DNA of 64,000 nucleotides, from NCBI GenBank assembly GCA_949297665.1, contig CASFTO010000090.1, positions 33,378 through 97,377 of the forward strand. Reading direction: 5' to 3'. Position 1 is the stretch's first letter; every line of letters begins with the position of its first letter. The translations under genes were made by a program, and so were the position numbers. Shown piece after piece: positions 20,606-32,835 of this stretch. Below the pieces are notes generated by a model. It saw only the letters and a program-made list of their open reading frames with translations, was not told the DNA's origin and searched no databases. The stretch comes from an uncultured Alphaproteobacteria bacterium. GTDB taxonomy: Bacteria > Pseudomonadota > Alphaproteobacteria > RF32 > CAG-239.

Positions 20606-21232
20606 TTATATTAATCCCATTTTTTGAGCGGTGATAACTGCTTGAGTGCGATTATTAACTTTTAATGAGCGTAGTAATGCATTTATGTGTAATTTTACAG
20701 TTGCTTCAGATACACCCATATCGTAGGCAATTTGTTTGTTTGATTTTCCTTGAGCTATTAAGTCTAAAACTTGCGATTGACGATGTGTTAGATTTCTTTT
20801 TAATGGATTTGGGTTTATATTTTTGTTTTCTGTGTTATTTTCTAACATGGCCAGAGGAATGTATGTCCCTCCGTCTAAAATTAACTTAAATGCACCGCTT
20901 AATATATTACTGTCGGATTTTTTGGGAATGTATCCTTTTACACCGTTTGATAATATTTTTCTTATATTTCTGGTGTCTTCGGATGTGGAAATTGCAACTA
21001 TTTTAGTGGTGGGGCTGGTTGTCTTTATTTTGTTTATTGTTTCAATTGTATTTGGTTCTGCTAAATCAATGTCTAATATCAAAAGGTCTATGTCGGTGTT
21101 TTTAGATAATACCTTTTGCATTTCAAGTAAATTAGCTGCTTGAAGAATATCGATGTTTGGGTTTATTTGTTTGAGCCTTAATGACAGTCCGTCTCTGAAT
21201 AATGATTGTTCGTCCGTTATTAAAACTTTCAT
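20606..21232 (-). CDS. Two-component response regulator, NarL/FixJ (LuxR-type HTH) family
   Basis: Receiver domain (LLILDIDL phospho-acceptor region) plus a C-terminal LuxR HTH (LTHRQSQVLDLIAQGKSNKQIAYDMGVSEATVKLHINALLRSL). Confidence 0.85.
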   Translation of the reverse strand: MKVLITDEQSLFRDGLSLRLKQINPNIDILQAANLLEMQKVLSKNTDIDLLILDIDLAEPNTIETINKIKTTSPTTKIVAISTSEDTRNIRKILSNGVKGYIPKKSDSNILSGAFKLILDGGTYIPLAMLENNTENKNINPNPLKRNLTHRQSQVLDLIAQGKSNKQIAYDMGVSEATVKLHINALLRSLKVNNRTQAVITAQKMGLI

Positions 21233-21322
21233 TTATATCTCCTCTGAAATTCAACATAGGTGCTAAATGTAGTTGCAATATAAGTACGGATTGACGGTTT
21301 TAAAGATATGGTTTTAAGTTTT

Positions 21323-21787
21323 TTATTCTTTGGGAGGGAGTATCATTAGTTCAACGCCTGCTTCTTTTAGCATTTGTTCTGAATAGGTTATTCGATCTCT
21401 CCAAGTGTTTTGTGGCGTGTTTTTATCTATAACTAATGGGTTGGTAACTACCAGTTTTATTCCTGATTGAATAATAGCTCTAGTACAATCGGTACAGGGA
21501 AAGTGGGTTGCATACAAAACGCATCCTTTTACTTTTGTACCGCATAAGCAAGCGTTATAAATCGCATTTCTTTCGGCGTGTTCGAAAAAATCATATTTTG
21601 TTGGGCGTTCAAATCTTTCAAATACCTCATCATCTACGCCTCGTACAAAACCATTATAGCCTGTGGCTCGAATTTCTTTGTCAGGACCAACTATAACAGC
21701 TCCGGTTTTTGTGGAGGTGTCTTTTGACCATGTTGCAATTAATTTTGCCAGTTCCATAAAACGATAGTGCCATTTCATTGTAAACAT
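21323..21787 (-). CDS. dCMP deaminase / CMP-dCMP deaminase zinc-binding family
   Basis: HAERNAI and PCTDC zinc-binding motifs. Confidence 0.8.
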   Translation of the reverse strand: MFTMKWHYRFMELAKLIATWSKDTSTKTGAVIVGPDKEIRATGYNGFVRGVDDEVFERFERPTKYDFFEHAERNAIYNACLCGTKVKGCVLYATHFPCTDCTRAIIQSGIKLVVTNPLVIDKNTPQNTWRDRITYSEQMLKEAGVELMILPPKE

Positions 21788-21955
21788 TGTGTTTCTCCTG
21801 TCTTATTTTTTCTTTTTGTAGTCTAATGATTTTTTGTTATTTTACAAGATTTTTGTTATTAGAAACGATAAGATAAGATTTATATGTGGCTTGACTTTGT
21901 TAGCCTAAAAGTTATATTTAGTTACAATTTAAATTTTTATCATAGGAGTAAATAG

Positions 21956-23233
<1,278 letters not shown>

Positions 23234-23251
23234 ATATAGGGAGATTGTAAT

Positions 23252-23506
23252 ATGAAAGGTTTTTTATATTTCATAATTACTCTTGTTGTAATTGCTGGCA
23301 TTGTTTCGGCGTTTTGGTGGTTGATGGATGGATCGACTCCTGAAGAACAATTGGAATATTTGAAAGTTACTTTTAGTGAAGCTGTTGATGACAGTGCTGC
23401 GTCTAATACGGCTGAGTCCGCTTCTAAATTGGGACGCGTTCTTAAAGATAATTTTGAGGATGCTCAGCAAGTTTATGAACATGGCGCAGAAGCTAAATAT
23501 GAATAG
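23252..23506 (+). CDS. Small membrane protein (hypothetical; FtsB-like position downstream of eno)
   Basis: Single N-terminal TM helix followed by an acidic tail; RBS GGGAGA upstream; followed by a terminator. Confidence 0.5.
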   Translation: MKGFLYFIITLVVIAGIVSAFWWLMDGSTPEEQLEYLKVTFSEAVDDSAASNTAESASKLGRVLKDNFEDAQQVYEHGAEAKYE

Positions 23507-23530
23507 TATTCTTTAGCTCTTTGTATGAAA

Positions 23531-23560
23531 AGAGGGAATCAGAATATTCCCTCTTTTTTA
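23531..23560 (+). terminator. Rho-independent terminator
   Basis: agagggaat-cagaat-attccctct followed by TTTTT. Confidence 0.8.
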
Positions 23561-23660
23561 TTGCAGGGCTGTGTAAAATTATTCTTTTTTCTATAAAAGT
23601 GTTGAGATATTCATTGTTTGTGTTACTCTCTGCGTAATGAATTAATAATAGGCGTTTTTT

Positions 23661-26600
23661 ATGAAAGATCCAAAGTTCGTACATTTAAGAGTTCATACAG
23701 CATATTCTTTGGCTGAGGGGGCGATTATGTTGCCTACCTTGATTCATAAGTTGCATGATATGGGCGTTCCTGCTGTTGCTGTTACCGATAGTGCAAATAT
23801 GTTTGGGGGAAAGGCTTTTTCTAAATATGCGTCTGAGGAAGGTATTAAGCCGATTTTAGGTTGCCAGTTTTTGTTGAGAAATGCTGATTCTGATGATTTG
23901 ATGAAGTCTAAAGGTAAAGAACTGGAACCCGATAAAATTGTTTTGTTGGTTATGAACGCTATCGGGTATGGTAATATTATGAAACTGATGAAACGTTTTT
24001 ATTTGGATAATACAGAGAAAGGTTGGGCTCCGCAATTAACTTTAGAAAATTTGGAGAATTTTAATGAAGGCTTAATTGCTCTTACGGGAGGTGTTGAAGG
24101 AACAATAGGGCGTTTATTGCTTGAAAATAGGAAAAATGATGCGGAAAATTTTACGGTTAAACTGAAAGAAATTTTTGGTGATAGACTTTATATGGAAATC
24201 TCACGAATTGGTTTGGATAAAGAAAGGCAAACAGAAGATGATTTTATAAATTTAGCCTATAAATATGATATTCCTCTGGTTGCAACGAATGAAGTTTTCT
24301 TTTTAGATGAAGATATGTATGAGGCTCATGACGCTCTTGTATGTATTTCTGCCGGTGAATATGTGGCTAATGAGAATAGGCGTAAATTTTCTATCAATAA
24401 TCGATTGCGCTCTGAAGCTGAAATGGTTGAGCTTTTTTCTGATTTACCGGAAGCTGTAAACAATACTGTTAGGATTGCTAAACTTTGTAACTTCTTGTCT
24501 AAAAAGGTTAATCCGTTGTTACCTATTTTTGAGTGTCCTCAAGGTAAAACTCAAGATGAGTTTATTACGGAAGAGGCTTATCGGGGACTCGATGAACGCT
24601 TGAAAAAAGCGGTTTATTTTGAAGGAATGACCGAGGAACAAAAGGCTGATATTGATGAGCGATATTATGCGCGTTTGGAATATGAGCTCAGCGTTATTAA
24701 AAAAATGGGATTTCCTGGTTATTTCTTAATCGTGTCGGACTTTATTAAGTGGTCAAAAGGACATGGGGTTCCAGTGGGACCGGGGCGTGGTTCCGGTGCA
24801 GGATCTATTGTTGCTTGGTCTTTAAAAGTTACAGAACTGGACCCTTTAAAGTTGGATTTGCTTTTTGAGCGTTTCTTAAACCCCGAACGTGTTAATATGC
24901 CGGACTTCGATGTCGACTTTTGTCAAGAGAATCGTTACAAAACGATTGAATATGTGCAGAGAAAATACGGATTTGACCATGTAGCGCAAATTATTACTTA
25001 TGGTAAGTTGCAATCTAAGGCTGTTATTAGGGATGTGGCTCGTGTGTTGCAAATGCCATATTCTCAGGCTGATAAAATTTCTAAAATGATACCTGCCGGC
25101 GCACAAGGTAAGAATCCAACTTTACCTGAGGCTTTGGAACAAGTTCCTGAATTGGAAGAGTTAAGGCAAAATGATCCTCAAGTTAATAAGCTATTTGAAA
25201 TAGCTATTAAGTTGGAAGGATTATATCGTAACTCCGGTATGCATGCTGCTGGTGTGGTTATTGGCGATAGACCGCTGGAACAACTGGTTCCTTTGTATAA
25301 AGATCCAAGAGCGGATATGCCGGTGACAATGTATGATATGAAATATGTTGAAGAAACCGGATTGATTAAATTTGACTTTTTGGGGTTGAAAACGCTGACG
25401 GTTATTCAGCGTGCCGTGGATTGGATTAAGAAGGCTCAGGGAATCGATTTGGATATGGAAGCTGTGCCTTTGGATGATGCTGAAACATATAAAATGTTGC
25501 AGGAAGGGCGAACAACTGCGGTTTTCCAATTTGAATCGGCGGGTATGAAAGATGTTCATAAGCAGATTAAACCGGATAGATTTGAGGATTTAATCGCTAT
25601 TGTTTCGTTGTACCGCCCGGGGCCTATGGATAATATTCCGACTTTTATTAAACGTAAGCATGGTGAAGAGGAAATTCAATATTTGCACCCAAAACTTGAA
25701 CCGATTTTGAAGGAAACTTATGGTATTATGGTTTATCAAGAGCAGGTTATGATGATTGCTCGTGAATTAGGCGGATATACTATGGGGGGCGCAGATAAGC
25801 TCAGAAAAGTTATGGGTAAAAAAATGCGTGATGAGATTCCAAAGCAACGTATTATGTTTACGGAAGGCGCTATCAAAAACGGTATTGATGAAGAAGTTGC
25901 TAAAAGTATTTTTGACCAAATGGAGAAATTCGCATCTTATGGTTTTAATAAATCTCACGCTGCTGCGTATTCTTTGGTTTCTTATCAAACGGCTTATCTA
26001 AAAGCGCATTTTCCGGTTGAGTTTATGTGTGCCGTGATGGATTTGGATATTACCAATACTGATAAATTAGCCGGATTTAAAGCTGAATGTAAGGCTATGG
26101 GAATCGAGGTTCTTAAACCTGATGTTAATGAGTCTTTGGCTAAATTTAGTGTGCAAAATGGTAAATTACGATATGCCTTAGGGGCGATTAAAGGTGTTGG
26201 CGAATCTAATATGAACGCTATTGTTGAAGCTCGCGAAAAAGGTGGAAAATTTAAAGATATTTCCGATTTTATTAATAGAGTTGATGCAAAACAGCTTAAT
26301 CGTAAGCAATTGGAGCAACTTATTAAAGCCGGAGCCTTTGACAGTATTGATAAAAAAAGAGGAAAACTCTTTGCTAATATTGATACAATTTTGAAAAATA
26401 TTTCTTCCGCGACGGAAATGAAAACAAGCGCACAATCTTCGTTGTTTGGAGCGGAAGAGTACTCTTCTAAAGTTAAACTTTCTGATGCTCCTGATTGGCC
26501 GGATTTGGAAAAATTGCGCCTTGAAGCAGGTGCTATCGGGTTTTATTTATCCGCCCATCCTTTAGATGTTTATGCGGATAGTATGAAAAAGCTCGGGGTT

Positions 26601-27134
26601 AAGACTTGTCAAGATGTTATGGCCAATATTCGTGTCGGAGACAGTATTAAGGCTAATATTGCCGGTTGTGTTGAAAATTTTCAAAAACGCTTAAGTAAAA
26701 GTGGCAATAAATATGCTTTTTTGGGCCTTTCTGATACAACCGGAAATTTTGAAGGTATGCTGTTTTCTGACGGATTGGCAAAATATGAAGAAGTTATTAC
26801 TTCCGGTTGTCCGTTGTTGGTTAAGGTTACTATTAATAAACAGTCGGAAGAAGAAAATCCTCGGATTATGATTAATAGTGTCAAAACTTTGGATGAGGCG
26901 ATTGCAGAACAGGCAAAAGGCTTGATTATTGAAGTTGCTAATGTTGCGGCAGTTCCAGAAATTAAAAAGGTTTTGTATTCCGATATAAGAGGGTTGAATA
27001 AGGTTTATATTGAACCGGAATTGGATGATTGGGATGTGCGTATCGAACTTGATGGTGGTTTTGCTTTTTCGGATAGTATGATGCTGACTAAACTGAAAAG
27101 TATTCCGGGCGTTTCGGCTGTTAAAGAAATCTAA
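23661..27134 (+). CDS. dnaE: DNA polymerase III alpha subunit
   Basis: 1157 aa; PHP domain N-terminus; polymerase core and OB-fold; typical DnaE. Confidence 0.95.
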   Translation: MKDPKFVHLRVHTAYSLAEGAIMLPTLIHKLHDMGVPAVAVTDSANMFGGKAFSKYASEEGIKPILGCQFLLRNADSDDLMKSKGKELEPDKIVLLVMNAIGYGNIMKLMKRFYLDNTEKGWAPQLTLENLENFNEGLIALTGGVEGTIGRLLLENRKNDAENFTVKLKEIFGDRLYMEISRIGLDKERQTEDDFINLAYKYDIPLVATNEVFFLDEDMYEAHDALVCISAGEYVANENRRKFSINNRLRSEAEMVELFSDLPEAVNNTVRIAKLCNFLSKKVNPLLPIFECPQGKTQDEFITEEAYRGLDERLKKAVYFEGMTEEQKADIDERYYARLEYELSVIKKMGFPGYFLIVSDFIKWSKGHGVPVGPGRGSGAGSIVAWSLKVTELDPLKLDLLFERFLNPERVNMPDFDVDFCQENRYKTIEYVQRKYGFDHVAQIITYGKLQSKAVIRDVARVLQMPYSQADKISKMIPAGAQGKNPTLPEALEQVPELEELRQNDPQVNKLFEIAIKLEGLYRNSGMHAAGVVIGDRPLEQLVPLYKDPRADMPVTMYDMKYVEETGLIKFDFLGLKTLTVIQRAVDWIKKAQGIDLDMEAVPLDDAETYKMLQEGRTTAVFQFESAGMKDVHKQIKPDRFEDLIAIVSLYRPGPMDNIPTFIKRKHGEEEIQYLHPKLEPILKETYGIMVYQEQVMMIARELGGYTMGGADKLRKVMGKKMRDEIPKQRIMFTEGAIKNGIDEEVAKSIFDQMEKFASYGFNKSHAAAYSLVSYQTAYLKAHFPVEFMCAVMDLDITNTDKLAGFKAECKAMGIEVLKPDVNESLAKFSVQNGKLRYALGAIKGVGESNMNAIVEAREKGGKFKDISDFINRVDAKQLNRKQLEQLIKAGAFDSIDKKRGKLFANIDTILKNISSATEMKTSAQSSLFGAEEYSSKVKLSDAPDWPDLEKLRLEAGAIGFYLSAHPLDVYADSMKKLGVKTCQDVMANIRVGDSIKANIAGCVENFQKRLSKSGNKYAFLGLSDTTGNFEGMLFSDGLAKYEEVITSGCPLLVKVTINKQSEEENPRIMINSVKTLDEAIAEQAKGLIIEVANVAAVPEIKKVLYSDIRGLNKVYIEPELDDWDVRIELDGGFAFSDSMMLTKLKSIPGVSAVKEI

Positions 27135-27149
27135 TGAAAGGGGAGAAAT

Positions 27150-27953
27150 ATGTGTGAAAAGATTGTTCCAAATGAAGAAGGTGAAATAATTATGCCGTTT
27201 TGGAAAGGTTTTCTTTATCCTTTGCGGAAAATAGCTCAATCAGGTAGCAATTTCTTTATTTTGACAGGGGGATTTTCTTTTGTTTGTGCTCTTTTGTCTT
27301 CTGCTTTAGGTCGTTCTTTTTTATGCGGGGTAGGAATTGATGTACCGGGAATTTATTGCTCTTCAAGTTTGTTGAATTTTTTCTTATCTGCTTTGATTTT
27401 TATAGCTTGTTCCGGTTCTTATATAAGTTCTTGGTATAATGTTAGCGAAAATAATCAGAATATAAAAGTTCAATTTGGGGTAAAAGAGCTTAAAATTGCC
27501 AGTGGTGTTATGGGGTATTGTTTTTGTTGGATTGTGTTATCGGTCTTGGCGTATGTTTTAACTGTAAGAGCGCCTGTTCCTGATTGGAAAGTTGAATTGG
27601 CTTTCTTTTGTGGAATTTCCTTGGTTATGATGTTTGTTTTGTATGTGTTGTTAAATGCGGTTGTAGTTGTTCGTATTTTACAAGCTAAAAAAGAATGGCA
27701 TTTGCGAAAAGTTTTTGTGGTTATTTGGGATAATTTATATAAGCCTTTTGCGTGGTTCTTTATTTATGTTTTGTTTTTTTCTTTATTTTTAAGGGATTGC
27801 TTGGTGTTTTTTGTCAGATATGAGCAGTTTCCTGTTTGGCTTAATGCTTTTTGTGGCGATTTTGCTTTTTATTTTTTGCTTTATTGGGGAATCGCTGTCT
27901 TTATTTCTGTTTTGGTTTATCAGGCTAAGTATATTTATGCCGAGGAAAATTAA
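27150..27953 (+). CDS. Hypothetical polytopic membrane protein
   Basis: RBS AGGGGAG upstream; about 6 predicted TM helices; no recognisable domain. Confidence 0.6.
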   Translation: MCEKIVPNEEGEIIMPFWKGFLYPLRKIAQSGSNFFILTGGFSFVCALLSSALGRSFLCGVGIDVPGIYCSSSLLNFFLSALIFIACSGSYISSWYNVSENNQNIKVQFGVKELKIASGVMGYCFCWIVLSVLAYVLTVRAPVPDWKVELAFFCGISLVMMFVLYVLLNAVVVVRILQAKKEWHLRKVFVVIWDNLYKPFAWFFIYVLFFSLFLRDCLVFFVRYEQFPVWLNAFCGDFAFYFLLYWGIAVFISVLVYQAKYIYAEEN

Positions 27954-29188
27954 AGGCTGAATTCTTCTTGTATTTCTTTATTGGGAATGAGTGCAATTAT
28001 TTCATTTAGATGGGCTTGGGTTAGCATTTTTATAGCGTCTGTTTTAGATATTCCTCGTGATGTCAGATAAAATAATTGTTCTTTGTCGATTTCACCGCAG
28101 CTTGCTCCATGGGAACATTTTACATCATCCGCGAAAATTTCAAGTTCCGGTTTGCAATTCAATTCGGCATTGTCATTTAAATATAGGGCTTTGTGGAGTT
28201 GGTGACCTTCTGTTTTTACAGCTGATGGTGCGATATGTATTTTTCCTTGAAATACTGCTGCGGAATCGCTCTCTAATACGGCTTTAGCGTATTGGTTAGA
28301 GTGTGTTTCCGGTTGTAAATGATTTATATTGCTCGTAATGTCATTTAAACAGCCTTTTTTTGCAGTATAGGCAGAATATATTTCGGCTTGGGCTCTTGTT
28401 TGCTCTAGTTGTATATTTGTTTCTTGACGGCAAATTTTTGCGCCGTTGGCAAGGTAATACTGTTTGTAGGAGGCTTTTTTTTGAATCTTTACGCTATTTA
28501 ATGCAATATGATAGCTGTTTTTACTTTCTGTTTGCTTTTTATAGTGATGTAGTTGGCTATCCGGTTTTAGATAAATCTCGTTTACAATATTGGTTAGATA
28601 TTTATTTTCATTTTCGGAATTGAATAATTCAATTATTTCAAGTTGTGCTTCTTTTTCTAAAATGATTAAATTGTGTATGTTGATTTGGTTTTCAGAGCAA
28701 TCGCTTTGCTTATATTTTATGTAAATGGGCTGGGATATTTTTGTTGCTTTTTCTGCGTAAATGCAAATTCCTTGTTCCAGATAGACTCCGTTTAATGCAG
28801 CAAAAGGATGTTCTTCAAGGTTAAAACTATTGAGAAGATATTGCTTATATTCTCCTTCGTGTAAAACTTCCGGAAGAGGGATTATATTGAGTCCTTTAGG
28901 GAGATTATATTCTTCGATATGTAATTTTCCATTGCAGAAAGTGATTTCAACTTTTGATGAGTCTTTGTTGTGGTAACAACAATTGCACGAGCATTTGTGT
29001 TCTTCTGTGTTTACAAGTAGATTGCTTGAGAGAATCGGCTTTATATTGGTGTATTTCCATGCTTCTGTTTTTGTTGTTGGGTAATTTGTTTTTTTCAGAG
29101 CTTGCTTTGCTTTTTGTCGTAATCCATACACCGATGGCTTATCGTCTAAGTATAATTTAATATTGTTTAGTAATGGTATTTGTGTCAT
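27950..29188 (-). CDS. sufD: Fe-S cluster assembly protein SufD
   Basis: 412 aa SufB/SufD-family beta-helix C-terminal region. Lies immediately downstream of sufC, and its size fits SufD rather than SufB. Confidence 0.8.
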   Translation of the reverse strand: MTQIPLLNNIKLYLDDKPSVYGLRQKAKQALKKTNYPTTKTEAWKYTNIKPILSSNLLVNTEEHKCSCNCCYHNKDSSKVEITFCNGKLHIEEYNLPKGLNIIPLPEVLHEGEYKQYLLNSFNLEEHPFAALNGVYLEQGICIYAEKATKISQPIYIKYKQSDCSENQINIHNLIILEKEAQLEIIELFNSENENKYLTNIVNEIYLKPDSQLHHYKKQTESKNSYHIALNSVKIQKKASYKQYYLANGAKICRQETNIQLEQTRAQAEIYSAYTAKKGCLNDITSNINHLQPETHSNQYAKAVLESDSAAVFQGKIHIAPSAVKTEGHQLHKALYLNDNAELNCKPELEIFADDVKCSHGASCGEIDKEQLFYLTSRGISKTDAIKMLTQAHLNEIIALIPNKEIQEEFSL

Positions 29189-29194
29189 GAGTTA

Positions 29195-29953
29195 TTATTC
29201 TTCTTTGAGGAAATCTGTGTAACCGCTTTGTTCTAGTTCGGTTGCTAAACTTTTATTACCGCTTTTTATGATGTGGCCATCCGCGAAGATGTGAACAATA
29301 TCCGGTTCAATGTGATCTAATAGTCTTTGATAGTGGGTGATTACTAAAAAAGCGTTTTCTTTGCTTCTTAATGAGTTTACACCGTCTGATACAGTTTTTA
29401 GCGCATCAATGTCTAATCCGGAATCTATTTCGTCCAGTATGCAAAAATCCGGTTTCAATAAGGCCATTTGTAATGTTTCAAAACGCTTTTTTTCGCCTCC
29501 GGAGAAGCCAACATTTACGAATCTTTTCAACATTTCCGGCGAAATATTCAATTGTGCTGCTTCTTGTTTTAGGCGTTTCATAAAAGTAATGGTGTCAAGT
29601 TCTTTTTCTCCACGATGTTTTAAGATAGAGTTAAGAGATTGTTTCAAAAAGCTAGAAACCATCACACCAGGGATTTCTATGGGGTATTGCATGGATAGAA
29701 AAAGTCCGTTTCTGGCTCTTTCTTCTGTTGACATAGATAATAAATCTTGTCCTTTGAATGTTATACTTCCAGATGTTACGGTATATCCCTCTTTTCCGCT
29801 TAATACATAGGATAAAGAAGATTTTCCAGCGCCATTTGGTCCCATTATGGCATGTACTTCACCGGAATTGATTGTCAGATTTAAATCTTTGATTATTTCT
29901 TTATCTGCTACTCTGGCGTGTAAGTTTTTTATTTCCAATAACGGTGTTGTCAT
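29195..29953 (-). CDS. sufC: Fe-S cluster assembly ATPase SufC
   Basis: ABC ATPase with Walker A GPNGAGKS, signature FSGGEKKR and Walker B ILDEIDSGLD. Confidence 0.9.
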   Translation of the reverse strand: MTTPLLEIKNLHARVADKEIIKDLNLTINSGEVHAIMGPNGAGKSSLSYVLSGKEGYTVTSGSITFKGQDLLSMSTEERARNGLFLSMQYPIEIPGVMVSSFLKQSLNSILKHRGEKELDTITFMKRLKQEAAQLNISPEMLKRFVNVGFSGGEKKRFETLQMALLKPDFCILDEIDSGLDIDALKTVSDGVNSLRSKENAFLVITHYQRLLDHIEPDIVHIFADGHIIKSGNKSLATELEQSGYTDFLKEE

Positions 29954-29962
29954 TATTTTATC

Positions 29963-32662
29963 CTAAGCTACTTTTCCGTGACAGTGTTTGTATTTTTTGC
30001 CGCTTCCACACGGACAAGGACTGTTGCGGGAAATATTTTTCCATTCCGGATGTTCTTCAATGTTTTGATTTGATGGTTTGTTTTCAGGTGCGACTCCTGA
30101 TCTGTTTTCTATGGATTCATGAATCGCTTCCATCTTTCTATTTTGAGTTTTTTGTTCTTGTTCTTTTACATCTTGGTCACTACCTTGTTGGATGGTTGTA
30201 CGGCAAATCAAAACAGTAATTCTTTCTTTTAATAAATCAAGCATGTCTGAGAACATATTAAATGCTTCGCGTTTGTATTCGTTCAAGGGATCTTTTTGTC
30301 CGTATGCGCGAAGTACAATGGTGTGACGCATTAAATCCAGTGTGGCTATGTGTTCTTTCCATAATTGGTCTAAAGTTTGGAGAACAATGCTTTTTTCGAC
30401 AAGGTGAATTATTGAGGAGGGAACGAGAGCATTTTTTTGGGCTATTAATGTATCTGTTTCTTTGATGATTTTTTCTGACATATCTATACTGTCGATACCT
30501 TTTTCTTCTGCCCATATTTCAATAGGTAGGTTTAGACCGGTCGTGTTGAAAATGTCTTGTTTTAAGCGGTTTGTGTCCCATTCTTCCGGCGCACTTCCTT
30601 CGGGGAGGCAATTATTTACAATTCCGTTTAGATAGTCGTGACGCATATCTAAGATTGTGTCAGATATGTCTTCCGCTGACATCAGCTCTTTTCTTTGTTC
30701 ATAGATAACTTTTCTTTGTTCGTTCATGACATCATCGTATTTTAATAAACTTTTGCGGATGTCAAAGTTTCTTTCTTCTACTTTTTGTTGTGCTTTTTCA
30801 AGTGCTTTGCTTATAAATGGATGAACGAGTGCTTCTCCTTCCGGTAAACCCAGACGGCGCAGTACTTCGGACATTCTTTCCGAACCGAAAATGCGCATCA
30901 AATCGTCTTCAAGAGAGAGGAAAAATTTTGATGTTCCGGGGTCTCCTTGACGACCGGAACGTCCTCTTAATTGGTTATCTATACGACGGCTTTCATGACG
31001 TTCCGTGCCAAGTATGTATAAACCTCCAGCCGCTAATACCTTTTCTTTGTTTTCAGCAATTTCTTGTTTTATTTCTTCTTTTAATTTTGCTATCTCTTCT
31101 TCTGTTTCTTTACCGGTTAAACGTTTTTTTAATGCTACTTCGGGATTACCTCCGAGTTGAATATCTGTGCCTCGACCGGCCATGTTGGTTGCTATGGTTA
31201 CTGCTCCAAATACCCCTGCTTCGGCTACAATGGCAGCTTCTCTTTCGTGGTGTTTTGCATTTAATACTTCAAACTTAATGTCGGTTTGTTCTTTTAATAA
31301 TTGGGCAATTGTTTCGGATTTTTCTACCGATGTTGTCCCGACTAGCACAGGTTGACCTTTAGCGTGACATTCTTTTATGGTGTCAATAATTGCTTTGTAT
31401 TTTTCGCGTTCTGTCCTATATATGCAATCATGTTCGTCTTTGCGAATTACCGGACGGTTAGTCGGTATTTCTACGCAAGTTAAATTATAGATGTCACCAA
31501 ATTCGGCTTCTTCCGTCATTGCTGTTCCGGTCATTCCCGCTAGTTTGGGATATAAACGGAAATAATTTTGAAAAGTAATTGATGCTAAAGTTTGGTTTTC
31601 TGATTGAATTTCAACTCCTTCTTTGGCTTCAAGAGCTTGGTGTAAACCATCACTGTAACGGCGACCTTCCATTATTCTTCCCGTAAATTCATCAATAATC
31701 ATTACTTTGCCATCGCGTACTAAATAGTCTACATCTTTTGTGAACATAATGTTTGCGCGAAGTGCTTGATTGACGTGATTTACAAGTTGCACATTCTTTA
31801 TATCGTATAATCCGCCTTCGGTGATTAATCCTGCTTGTTTTAATAACTGTTCAACATGTTCCATACCGATTTCTGTTAAGGTGACATTTTTTGCCTTTTC
31901 ATCTTTTTCATAATCGGCTGCATTTATGTGTTTAATTATATTGTTTACCAAAATGTATTTTTCTGACGAATCTTCGGCAGCGCCTGAAATAATTAACGGT
32001 GTTCTGGCTTCATCTATTAAAATTGAGTCAACTTCATCAACAATAGCATAGTTAAAATCGCGTTGTACACGTTCATCCATGGAAAATTTCATGTTGTCAC
32101 GCAGGTAATCGAATCCTAATTCATTGTTTGTTGCATAGGTTATGTCTGCGTTGTATGCTTCTTTTCTTTGGTTGTCGTCTTTTTCATGTACAATGTAATC
32201 AACGGTTAAACCTAAGAAACGATATACTTGTCCCATCCATTCGGCGTCACGTTTAGCTAGGTAATCGTTTACGGTGACAATATGTACGCCTTTTTGTTCT
32301 ATAGCATTTAAATATGCAGCCAGTGTTGCAACTAATGTCTTTCCTTCACCGGTTTTCATCTCTGCAATCATGCCTTTATGCAGAACAATACCACCGATGA
32401 GTTGTACATCGTAGTGTCGCTGTCCAAGAGTCCTTTTGGCGGCTTCTCTTACAGTTGCAAAGGCTTCAGGGAGAATATCCTCTAATGTTTCTCCGTCTTT
32501 TAATCTGTTACGGAATTCGAGAGTCTTGTTTCTTAACTCTTCATCACTTAATTTTATGAAATCTGTTTCCAGTGAATTGATTTGTTCTACAATTTTATAT
32601 TGTTTTTTTACAAAACGATTGTTGGCTGTGCCGAATATTTTGCGTGCTATATCTGCTAACAT
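29963..32662 (-). CDS. secA: Preprotein translocase ATPase SecA
   Basis: 899 aa; DEAD-like motor; C-terminal zinc finger [14 protein letters not shown]. Confidence 0.95.
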   Translation of the reverse strand: MLADIARKIFGTANNRFVKKQYKIVEQINSLETDFIKLSDEELRNKTLEFRNRLKDGETLEDILPEAFATVREAAKRTLGQRHYDVQLIGGIVLHKGMIAEMKTGEGKTLVATLAAYLNAIEQKGVHIVTVNDYLAKRDAEWMGQVYRFLGLTVDYIVHEKDDNQRKEAYNADITYATNNELGFDYLRDNMKFSMDERVQRDFNYAIVDEVDSILIDEARTPLIISGAAEDSSEKYILVNNIIKHINAADYEKDEKAKNVTLTEIGMEHVEQLLKQAGLITEGGLYDIKNVQLVNHVNQALRANIMFTKDVDYLVRDGKVMIIDEFTGRIMEGRRYSDGLHQALEAKEGVEIQSENQTLASITFQNYFRLYPKLAGMTGTAMTEEAEFGDIYNLTCVEIPTNRPVIRKDEHDCIYRTEREKYKAIIDTIKECHAKGQPVLVGTTSVEKSETIAQLLKEQTDIKFEVLNAKHHEREAAIVAEAGVFGAVTIATNMAGRGTDIQLGGNPEVALKKRLTGKETEEEIAKLKEEIKQEIAENKEKVLAAGGLYILGTERHESRRIDNQLRGRSGRQGDPGTSKFFLSLEDDLMRIFGSERMSEVLRRLGLPEGEALVHPFISKALEKAQQKVEERNFDIRKSLLKYDDVMNEQRKVIYEQRKELMSAEDISDTILDMRHDYLNGIVNNCLPEGSAPEEWDTNRLKQDIFNTTGLNLPIEIWAEEKGIDSIDMSEKIIKETDTLIAQKNALVPSSIIHLVEKSIVLQTLDQLWKEHIATLDLMRHTIVLRAYGQKDPLNEYKREAFNMFSDMLDLLKERITVLICRTTIQQGSDQDVKEQEQKTQNRKMEAIHESIENRSGVAPENKPSNQNIEEHPEWKNISRNSPCPCGSGKKYKHCHGKVA

Positions 32663-32835
32663 TATCTTTACCTTATTATATATGAGTCTTTCTGCTACAT
32701 TTAGTGTTTATATAGAATAAAGTCAATACTATCAACAGAAGTTATAAACGCTAATTAAAAAATACTTGGAATATTTTATAAATAAGTATATATGATTTAT
32801 TGAGTATGAATAAACTTTTTATTTTGGAGGTTTTT

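Noticed and set aside
24876-27239. Multiple minus-strand ORFs inside dnaE
   Set aside because: They are shadow ORFs antisense to dnaE.
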